Source of the DNA: Neophaeotheca triangularis
Lineage: Eukaryota
Reading direction: 5' to 3'
Assembly: GCA_054600435.1 (NCBI GenBank)
Contig: BAAIJX010000070.1
Span: 62,001-90,490, forward strand
DNA: 28,490 nucleotides
Shown here: piece after piece, positions 19,700-28,490 of the stretch
How the letters are laid out: every line of letters starts with the position of its first letter
How positions within the stretch are numbered: the first letter of the stretch is position 1
Notes under the pieces: model-generated
The model's database searches: none
What the model was told of the DNA's origin: nothing
The model's input: only the letters and a program-made list of their open reading frames with translations
Translations under genes and position numbers: made by a program

Positions 19700-21306
19700 A
19701 TGGGCGGCGCGCCTAAGACCAATCAAGACTGTCCTCAGATCACTCCCCCACGACGTAAATATGCGCCCAAAACCAAGACTGGATGTCAGACGTGCAAGTA
19801 AGTTGCCAATACCAAGTGGCGAGCACAATGCAAGCAAAAGCTAAAGCCTCGGGTAGGATCCGTCGAGTCAAATGCGACGAGGCCAAACCTTCCTGCAGGC
19901 GTTGCACCAGTACCGGACGTAAATGTGATGGATACGCTCCCCTCGTCGCTTGCACAACCACGGCCCCAACAATATCAACGCCTACCCTGCAAATTTCCCT
20001 GACGGTAGACCTGCACTGCCAATCTCTGGAGAAGAGAACCTTCCAATTCTTCCGTGAGAGGACCGCCCCTTGCGTTTCTGGCTATTTTACAGACTCGGTG
20101 TGGGAACAGCTGATTCTTCAAATCAGCCACACGGAGCCCGTCGTCCGAAATGCGGTGACTGCTGTGGGGGCTTTGCATGAGGAGCGGATGCTTCGAAGAA
20201 CCGCGCGTGGTCGAGGCATCGATGTGCGCACCGATTTGCCGCTGAGGTATTACTGCAAAGCTCTCAATGGACTCCAAACCCTACTCAAGTCGGATGGTCT
20301 TCAGATGAACGTTGTACTCGTCACTTCGCTGCTGTTGGTGCATTTCGAGGCACTTCGAGAGGCTTACGTCGATACGCTCATTCACCTTGATAATGCAGTA
20401 CGGCTTCTCAACGCTCCTGCACGCTACACTCAAAGTGTCGAGCCTGGTTTGGTTGACGCTTTCCATCGCATCGACCTACAAGGCTGTATGTTTTTGGGTA
20501 GTCGAGTTCCCGGGTTTATTGACACGACCTGCGACAATCCTTTGCCTGAGGCGTTTACAAATCTGACTCACGCACGAAAAGTCGTGGGTGACTGCGTGAG
20601 CCATTTCCTCCATTTCATGAAGACGGTGGCGAACCCGATCAATTCCGACGAAGCACACAACGTCGGTGTTCCCCTAGAAGTTCTCGCAAAATCAATGCAC
20701 TTCGCGGAAGTCTTCGACGAACTGGACCGTCTACTCCTGAAGCTCCTCCGAGAGCACACCTTCAAACCAAACACCCAAGCACACAAAGGCCTCAGCATGC
20801 TTCGCACCCGAGTCAAAATCAACCACATCGAAGCCTCGACACTCATGTACTTTGAGCAAACCATGCTCGACGCCTACCTCGCCGACTTTGAACAAATCCT
20901 CGCCACCTGCAACCAAGTCATCGCCAGCGACAGCACCTCCCAAGAAGACCACCACTTACACTCCGTAACCCTAGACGAAAGCCTGCTCTTCACGCTCCAA
21001 TACCTCGCCGTCAACTGCCGCGACTCACGCTTACGCCACTCCGCTCTCCAAGCCCTAAAAGACCTGCCAGGTAAAGAAGGCCTCTGGCACGTGGAAGCCA
21101 TGATCCGCCAAGCCGAGGAAATCATCACGTACGAGGAAGCACAGTGCGGCATGGACTGGCCTCGTTGCGTTGACGTACCCGAGTGGCGCAGGGTCAAGGT
21201 CGCCGTGCGTGAGGGGCAGACGGATTGGGGCAACGTGTCTATCCTCGCACACCCTTGCGTCATGTCCAACGGGCCTGATGGGTGGTTTGTTCGTGGTGAT
21301 TTGTAG
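19700..21306 (+). CDS. Zn(II)2Cys6 transcription factor with a fungal-specific C-terminal domain; exons 19700-19797 and 19857-21306, 515 aa
   Basis: Splicing the 59-nt intron (GTAAGT..GCTAAA..TAG) restores KTKTGCQTCK|IRRVKCDEAKPSCRRCTSTGRKCDGY. The downstream WEQLILQISHTEPVVRNAVTAVGALHE is typical of this C6 family. Confidence 0.92.
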
Positions 21307-22856
21307 CCGGGTCCTGCGTGTTCCTCGGACGGACGGGTGGCCTTACTCCCATTCAATCTTTGGAAAGAAAAAGACCGTCGAGCTGCAGGGATATCTTCAA
21401 AAAGACAAACCAGATCTCCCCAAGACTTGATCCCCTCAGAGCTCATTCCAGCTCGATCTCGTCGTTATAGACTATCACTCGCCTGCGCCAGCTCAAGAGT
21501 ACTTTCCCGCGCTCACCAGGATCTGAGACCCACAGCGGCACGCAAGAGCCAGCCAAGTCGCCAGGAGAAAGATGAGATGAAGCTCCCACCCTCAAGCGCC
21601 ACTCCCCCATCCGAACCCATGTATCAAATCAATTCGTCTTCTCTTTCAGCCGTGAGGAAGTGTCCCGGCCTGGGCTAGAAACGGTAGCTCCTCCGGCGCA
21701 GAGACTCGCACACGCCGCTCACAGCTTTTCTGCACGCCTCGCAGCTTCGACGCCCGCGATCAGTACGCCGGCGTCGGGGGTTTTGGTTCGAGTGGAAGCG
21801 GACGCTTAGCGGCTCGCTTTTTCTGGGAAAAGCAAAAAGAAAAAAGAAGTAGGGTCGTGTTTGTCGGAAAGAGAGGTGGCGACTAGAACACCTTCACCAG
21901 GGACGTCACTCACTCCAAAGCTGCGTTGCGTGTGCCAACCAGCAAAACCTTTTGCCCACCTGTTCCCTTCCCCTCCAAGCCCGTACTCCTACTACAACCG
22001 CTAGCCCGCTGCCTCGTAGATCCCACTGTCGACTCCAGACCAGGCTACAATGCAGCTCCTCTCGCCACTCCTCCGCTCAAGCTTTTAGCTCGCTCGGCAC
22101 GGCGAAGGGTTTTAAGGCGGTCAAGAAGAAGAGCGCAGACGTCAGTGGGAAGGAAATCGCGGGATTGTGTGGATTTGGAAGACGATGTGTATTGCTGGTT
22201 GTTGGTTACACATGGTCTCGAGGCGCGTCGAAGTTTCCCGAGCGAGCATGCGCAGTCTCACCGCAGCTGGCTGGGGTGGAAGTCGAGAGGTCGAATGGAC
22301 AATGCTGTGCCGTATGAAACTCCCATAGGGGCGGTTGCTCGCGTGTTGTTTGTTTGGATTCTGCTTTTTGCCCGAAGAAGAAGGGCAAGGAGAGGGCTCT
22401 TGTAAGTTCGCCGTACTCTCTCGTCTTGTTTGACATGTCTGGTTTTCTGTCGTTCGTGCTATCTCTTCCAGGAAGCACGGTGCTAGATTTGTGCTCTAAT
22501 ATACTCGTGAGGGTCCCTCGGACAGTAATGCGCAGAGCTAGTCACTAAATGAAAGGGGGTACGTGACAAGCGGGGCGGTCCATGGAGATGAGATAGTTAG
22601 GCCGGGTGAGAGAGAGACCACGTTCAGCGAGTCGCGAATGTGTGTCTTAGTTGCATCAGCATTCTACATGGTCGAAGAAGATAATCAGACCCGGTGTCCA
22701 CGAAACCCTAGCCTCAATTCTTCTTGGAAAGAAGAGATCCCAAAGTAAAAGGAAAAAATAACACCATCAATCCTTGCTACACCGAATTGCACCAATCCAT
22801 CAGATATCTCCAGACCTCACTTGTCAAAACTGACAGACAAGATAAGCCGGCCCTTC

Positions 22857-23810
22857 TCAAATCTTCCTCTCAGCACCACCCTTTGCCTGACACCTCAAAG
22901 GAAACCCGGGCTTCCTCTCCCTGTCAGCAGTCATCGCACCCCACGTGGTCTCGACCGCGGCCGTGCCATCCTCACCCACACTCTCCGGCTTCCAGGGCTC
23001 ATCAAAAGCCTCAAAGTAAAAAACATTAACCCCCCAATCCAACATGCCACAAACGGCATCGGCATAAAAAGCAGCCGCATTCTCCGTCCCAGCCTCGGCA
23101 TCATTGTAATCGCTCCCCCCATCCGTAGGCCACCCCGTCTCCCCGTTCCAAAACTCAATCCCATCCAAACTCCCCGAAACCTCCTGAATGTGTCCGAGCG
23201 CTTGCTGCACGTCGTCGAAGAAGGTGTACTCGGCGCCGCTCCCGACGTTGTCGCCCTGCCAGTACGCAAAAGCATTGGCGAGAACAATGTCCACGCCGTT
23301 GCGGATGACGGCATCGGCGGTGCCGTCGGCGAACTTGTTCCAGCTGTCGGCGGTGCCGACTTTGACCCCGCGCGGCATCATGTCCTTGACCTGCATGATC
23401 TTGTCCGAGAGCTCTTGGCCAGTGAAATTGCCCCTGTACAGCGCCTCGCTGCCCACGGTGACGGCGTAGACTTGCTCGGTGAACTTGGGGACCCATTCTT
23501 TGAGAGCGTCGGTGTCGGCTTCGAAAGACTCGTCGACGTCGGGCCAGACGCCGAGGACGACTTTGAAGTTCTCGGCGGCGGCGGCGGGGAGGATTTCTTG
23601 CGCGGTGTTGCAGTCGCTGGCGCTGTAGCCGCGGACGATGGTGCTGCCCGTGGCGCTGCGGATGGCGCGGAAGTCGGCTTCGTAGTCGGATTGGTATTTG
23701 CAACTACCGTCGGGGAGTTTGGTGCCGAGGGAGAAGCCGAGCGTGCCTTGTTGTGCGGCGAGAGTAGTGCCTGCGAGGGCCAGGCTCGGGAGGAGGGTTG
23801 TGGAGCGCAT
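22857..23810 (-). CDS. BGL2: Secreted GH17 beta-1,3-glucanase/glucanosyltransferase, Bgl2/Bgt1-like, 317 aa
   Basis: Signal peptide, DGSCKYQSDYEADF, catalytic VTVGSEALYR and NGETGWPT, GTADSWNK, FYFEAFDEPWK. Confidence 0.93.
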   Translation of the reverse strand: MRSTTLLPSLALAGTTLAAQQGTLGFSLGTKLPDGSCKYQSDYEADFRAIRSATGSTIVRGYSASDCNTAQEILPAAAAENFKVVLGVWPDVDESFEADTDALKEWVPKFTEQVYAVTVGSEALYRGNFTGQELSDKIMQVKDMMPRGVKVGTADSWNKFADGTADAVIRNGVDIVLANAFAYWQGDNVGSGAEYTFFDDVQQALGHIQEVSGSLDGIEFWNGETGWPTDGGSDYNDAEAGTENAAAFYADAVCGMLDWGVNVFYFEAFDEPWKPESVGEDGTAAVETTWGAMTADRERKPGFPLRCQAKGGAERKI

Positions 23811-24247
23811 TGTTTGGGGGTTGGTGAGGGAGTGTGGGTTTGGTGATATGCTTGAGGAGGTGGATTGGTGGGTATGCCTTCTTGTCCGTGTTGAGGTGGC
23901 TTGTGCTGTAAGGAATGTGGCTTTAAAAGAGTGATATCAAAGGAGAGTGGGAGAAAGAAGAGGTAGTAGGGATGTTGTTTTTGACAGAAAAGGGAGCGAT
24001 GAGGGTTAGAAGTGAATGGTAGGCTGCGAGGTAGTCCATTCACCACGCCAGGGGTCAAGCTCCAATCCAAACAACGCGGCTAGACCAACCCCTGCCAAGC
24101 AAAGGAACGCACGTGACAGTCGCCAGACAATGCGTGCATGTGAAGATGGCATGCCCGAAGAAACATTCTGTGTACAGCTCTATGCGAAGAACAACTCTAG
24201 GTATGGGTATATTCGAATGTTAACGAGACAGCCTCCAAAACACATCA

Positions 24248-25306
24248 TCACACCAACTCATCCTCATTGATGTACTCCCCTCTCCTCTGCGCCAAGTATA
24301 TCCGCCCACTTTCGTACGTACCCAGGTACAAACCAGCCCCCAACAACGTCCATACACCTCTCAGAGCACCTCCTCGAAAGAGGCCCTTGACGCCATTCTC
24401 GGCGATAATCTCCTTCGCAATCTGCAGACTGCCCTTGTTGCTTACAGGCTTTGTAACATTCTCCACCGCATCCTTGAGCGACTCTTTCACAGCCTTCACA
24501 TTCTTTCCCGTAGCATCCACAAGAGCGTCTTTGGCCTTGGATCCGGCGTTTCTGGGCCCCTGGTCCTCGGCCGCACTCTGCGCAGCCGCGAGCATGATGC
24601 GCGTCTTGACAACGTCGACGGGCGTCGTGACTACAGCGGCTACACTGCCAGCTGCGCCAGCGCTCCCTGCTGTGATAAGCCCACCCTCGAGTAAAGTGTT
24701 CGTTCTGATACCTCTGTCATCTCTATAGCGCCTCACAGCCTGTTTCAGCCGTTCAAACATGGGAAACTGCAGCGCGGTCATGGGAAGGTTTCTGCTAACC
24801 AACGCAGTATAGCCTCTCCACAGCGCGAGAGGGTTCTGGCGGAACCGTAACATTGTTTGAAGTGTAGCATTGACCTTTGGTCGGTTCTTGTCACTGTTGT
24901 CCACCATCTGCGCATTTTGCTTGATGACCTCGGCCGGCGTCAAGATGGCACAAGAGACCATTTCAGCCGTCGCGGAAGCCACTGAATGAATGACTGGCTG
25001 TGGCAAAAGCGGTGTATCTCCAACAGTAGGCGTATGGTGTGAAAGCGCGCTCTTGACGCCTTCGTAGGTAGTAAAGAAAGCGCCAGACGAGGGCAGCGTG
25101 GCTACAATGACGCTCCCGACACCCTGGTAGACTCCGCGGAACATTGCGCGGTTGACGGCGCCGTTTTGACCATTGCCGTAGACTTTTTTGTAGTCGGGAC
25201 TTTGCATGCGTGTTTTGATCGTGTCGAGTGGGTATACGAGGAGATCGACGGTGAAGGCGGCAAAGGCGCCGGCTATCCAAATGTCCGCATTGCTGTTGTT
25301 GGACAT
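24248..25306 (-). CDS. Mitochondrial carrier family protein, S-adenosylmethionine carrier (Sam5/Pet8)-like, 352 aa
   Basis: Three Px[DE]xx[KR] signatures (PLDTIK, PAEVIK, PVDVVK). RGVYQGVGS..PSSGAFFTTYE and ALQFPMFE resemble Sam5. Confidence 0.88.
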   Translation of the reverse strand: MSNNSNADIWIAGAFAAFTVDLLVYPLDTIKTRMQSPDYKKVYGNGQNGAVNRAMFRGVYQGVGSVIVATLPSSGAFFTTYEGVKSALSHHTPTVGDTPLLPQPVIHSVASATAEMVSCAILTPAEVIKQNAQMVDNSDKNRPKVNATLQTMLRFRQNPLALWRGYTALVSRNLPMTALQFPMFERLKQAVRRYRDDRGIRTNTLLEGGLITAGSAGAAGSVAAVVTTPVDVVKTRIMLAAAQSAAEDQGPRNAGSKAKDALVDATGKNVKAVKESLKDAVENVTKPVSNKGSLQIAKEIIAENGVKGLFRGGALRGVWTLLGAGLYLGTYESGRIYLAQRRGEYINEDELV

Positions 25307-26240
25307 GGACTCGGACTCGATTTAACGAGTCGAGGGCGGAGAGGAGGTGAAGAGAAAGCGGAAAGGGGTAGAGGAAGGGTGAATTGGATGGGGGTTGATG
25401 GGGTTGATGTTTCTGTAAGAGGATCAAGGTAACTTACAGTAGCTGTCAAAAGAAACCTAGAAACCTACCTCAGCTCCGGTTATCAGATGCATGTCATGAC
25501 GGAGGCACTCTACTTGCCAAGGCCAAATCAGGCGCCTTACCGAATCGGTCACGGCCGACTGAACTACACCTCATGGCAAAGAATAGAATGGAATGAAACA
25601 AACAACACACCGGACACCGGACACCACAGCCCGGCGGCACGAGCGACAAGCACTAAGCGATTGTCAAGACCGGTGAAGACGAAAGTACACGACAGACGAC
25701 CAAGTGGAGGCTCAGCGTCTGACCACGACATTGGAAGGATCCTTTCAAACGGGACATGGCTTTCACTCTGTCCTACGAGCAAAGCCCCCTGATAGGTCAC
25801 TTCGTATACCACCCAACTCAGCCCGCGCTCACTGCAGCGTTAACAATATTTCCACCCAACTATCATGCCAGGCTGAGATTCCTGCAGCCTAAGTTAGCCG
25901 TTCCGAACCATGGACGCATGCTGTCAGCCCAATGCGCAACGAACAGCTCAATCAAATGATGCTGACTCTCACTGTGACTGGACTGTTCGCTCTCGCTCTC
26001 GCCATGCCTCCCGTCGCGACCACATTCAAAGTCTCGCCGCCTAGCAGCCTTGCAGTGATACTTTTGATTTACTTCTTTTTTTAGCGTTATACTTGACCCC
26101 CCGACTAATCAACGACGGGATAGGTCGCTGTCAGAGGGTTCTTTGATTCTATGTGCTGCCACGTCCGTCGATGGCGCAGCGCTGATTCAGTGGATACAAA
26201 ATGGAAGTCTCCAAACGCGTGTACGGAGCCTGCAATCCGA

Positions 26241-26246
26241 TATAAA
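26241..26246 (+). promoter_or_regulatory. Candidate TATA box of the RTA1-like gene
   Basis: TATAAA 170 bp upstream of the ATG at 26411. Confidence 0.4.
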
Positions 26247-26410
26247 GTATCCGCACTTCGCACATGAGTATGCACTCCCGACTTGAGGACCTTTCCAATC
26301 CGTAGTCACTGAAGAAATCTTTTGTCTTTTGCATTTCCTACCCGCTCACTATTTACAAAAGAGTAAATTAAGATCATCCTTCCTCAGAAGACAACTGCAA
26401 ACTCGCAATA

Positions 26411-27503
26411 ATGGCACGAGACCCCTTCGAAGGCTGTAATCCTGCTATCCTACGCGATGATTGCACACTCGACACCTGTTGCCTCGCCCAATCACCCTTC
26501 AACTACATCCCAGATTTCGGTGGAAACCTCTTCTTCACTATCTTGTTCGCCGTCTTCATCGTGCCTTCAGCATACCTGGGCTGGAGGTACAAAACCGTCG
26601 GCTTCGGAATCGCCATGGTCTCCGGTTTAATCCTCGAAGTCGTCGGCTACGCTGCTCGCGTCTGGCTCAGCGAGGCTCCATTCGAATATAATCCCTTCTT
26701 GATGTAAGCGCTCCCCCTTGCCACACGCATCAAGCACCAACTTCATCCCACTAACACTCCAGGAACGCAGCTACCTCATCTGCCTAACCATCGCCCCCGT
26801 CTTCTTCACAGCCGCCATATACCTCTGCCTAACCCGCATAATCGTCATCTTCTCCCCCTCCGCCTCACGCCTCGCCCCTCGAACCGTCGCCTGCACCTTC
26901 ATGACCCTCGACTTCCTCGCGCTCGTGCTGCAAGCCATAGGCGGCGGAGTTACCGACACAGCCTCGACCCCTTCCACCCGCCAAGCAGGAATCAACACCA
27001 TGATTGCCGGCCTCATCCTCCAATGTCTCTCCATCGCAGCCTTCATGGCCTTTTGCGGCGACTTCTTCCTGCGAATCCACCGCCACAAACTCCTAGACCC
27101 AGACCCAGTAAAAGTCTCTCTACGCCAGCGCTCGCTCTTCAAAGCCTTCCTCGTCTCCCTCGCTCTCGCCACCATAGCAATCCTAATCCGCAGTCTTTAC
27201 CGTGCAGCCGAGCTGTGGGAGGGTTTCGACGGCGAGCTCTGGCATCACGAAGTCGAGTTCATGGTCCTCGACGGCGCTATGATTTCTCTGGCGGTGTTGT
27301 GTGTAACGTTGCTTCAACCTGGGGTGGCTTTTCGCGGCCAGTGGAAGGCGGGGGATTGGACTTTTAAGACGCGACAGGCGCCAGGTGGGGTCGTGGGTGT
27401 TGTGCATGGGAGTCGTGAGGGCAGTAGTGGGGACACTTCGACTGCTGAGGGGGTGGAGGAGAAGGGGAAGTGGAAGAGGTTCGTGCCTGGAAAGAAGGTC
27501 TGA
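26411..27503 (+). CDS. RTA1/Rsb1-like multi-pass membrane protein (lipid-translocating exporter family); exons 26411-26703 and 26771-27503, 341 aa
   Basis: Family motifs YIPDFGGN, GLILEVVGYAAR, CLTIAPVFFTAAIYLCL, DFLALVLQAIGGG, IRSLYRAAELWEG, FMVLDG. Intron 26704-26770 (GTAAGC..CTAAC..GCAG). Confidence 0.93.
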
Positions 27504-28457
27504 GCGTACAGTAGTTTTCCTACTCGTAGCGGGGGATATGGTGTCGTTTTGCTGGTGTCAAGACTCTAGGGGAGCTTGGATTCATTGGATACATTTGCTC
27601 ACGATTCATTCACTATTTCTCCGCATAAGCCGCCTTTTCCATACCAGAACGCTAAGATAGAGCAGACACACTTTCGGTAAAAGCAACTTAGCATCGCCAA
27701 TTTCAACACTACAGTTGCTAGAATGTAACAATCCAAGAACTCCACCCAATGCCACCACACCCCGCAGCCAACCCCGACAAGATGCATCACCCACAGAGAG
27801 CAACAAACAGCCGAGCCCCTTCCAATCCAGTCCAATCCACCCCACAACTCCCCCACCTCCTCGCAAAGAGTAAAATCCCCATCCCTCAACCCCCCATCCC
27901 ATCCTTATAAAACCACAACCCTCCCCCCCGCCCTTCCCTCCCAAGAGAAAAAGAAAGACTCCTAATCTACACAACCGACTCGACACCCAAACGCCACAGC
28001 TCCCACATCCGCACCCCTCCCCAAGAAGCACGAACCCCCTTTCCCAACCTCGCCCCCCTCAGCGCTTCTCCCCTCCCCACCCTCCACAACCTCGCCGTCG
28101 CCTCCACCACTCAAAGCAGCAGCACCAACAACAACACGAAAGAGCAGAGCCCCCGCGCTCCCGCGGCTGCGGCTGGGAAGCTCACTCGTAAATCGTGGGA
28201 GGGGGGATTGTTGGCGGGCGTCAGGGGCAATCAACCCATGGACTGGTGCCTAGAGGGAGCTGGTCGCGTGGAAAGGGCGGTCTTGCGGTGTGGTGCTTTT
28301 GTGTGTCTTGGTCGTGGGGGGAAGGGGGGTTGGCGGGTGGGAAGATGTGGTTGAGCGGGGGCAGGCGCAGGTCGGGGTTCGTGGGTCGGGTTGGTTGGAC
28401 ATTGGTAGGTGAGAGGGCTGGGGGAGCGGTAAGATTTTTTTTTTGGGGGTTGGGGAA

Positions 28458-28483
28458 GGGGGGGGGGGGGGGGGGGGGGGGGG
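28458..28483 (+). repeat. G26 homopolymer, preceded by T10 and short G runs
   Basis: Read directly from the sequence. Confidence 0.9.
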
Positions 28484-28490
28484 AAAAATG

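Noticed and set aside
22821..23846. 341-aa plus-strand ORF antisense to the GH17 gene
   Set aside because: It is a shadow ORF co-extensive with a strongly codon-biased gene, with no ATG start and no domain.
26264..26366. 5'-UTR intron creating a Met-Lys-stop uORF before RTA1
   Set aside because: The uATG is only 18 nt past the candidate TATA box, so it is probably upstream of the TSS, and the acceptor is weak.
17972..27503. Secondary-metabolite gene cluster (C6 factor, RTA1, carrier, hydrolases)
   Set aside because: There is no PKS, NRPS, terpene synthase or tailoring enzyme in the window. The genes look like housekeeping or cell-wall types.

Overview
Eukaryotic (filamentous ascomycete, probably Dothideomycete; taxonomy is inference) genomic window with short spliceosomal introns. 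Nine protein-coding genes can be reconstructed by hand: a 7-exon mago nashi (minus, mostly missed by the ORF track), coatomer beta (SEC26), a WD40 protein resembling THOC3/Tex1, an HbxA/Htf1-type homeobox factor, a HAD glycerol-3-phosphatase, a Zn2Cys6 factor, a GH17 Bgl2-like glucanase/transglucosylase, a Sam5/Pet8-like mitochondrial carrier and an RTA1-family membrane protein. About 6.2 kb upstream of the homeobox gene has no recognisable gene and carries many microsatellites, a 14-bp minisatellite and a TpA-rich, RIP-like patch. I found no tRNA, rRNA, CRISPR or intact transposon, and no clearly novel multi-gene system. The best leads are: (1) a ~1.3-kb region upstream of the homeobox ORF with only one sense ATG, which forms a minimal Met-Ile-stop uORF; (2) an unusually divergent Mago with a GC-AG intron, a tandem acceptor and a C-terminal extension; (3) abrupt alternating C-rich and G/T-rich codon blocks in most genes; (4) tandem repeats showing CpA-to-TpA changes next to TTAGGG-like motifs.
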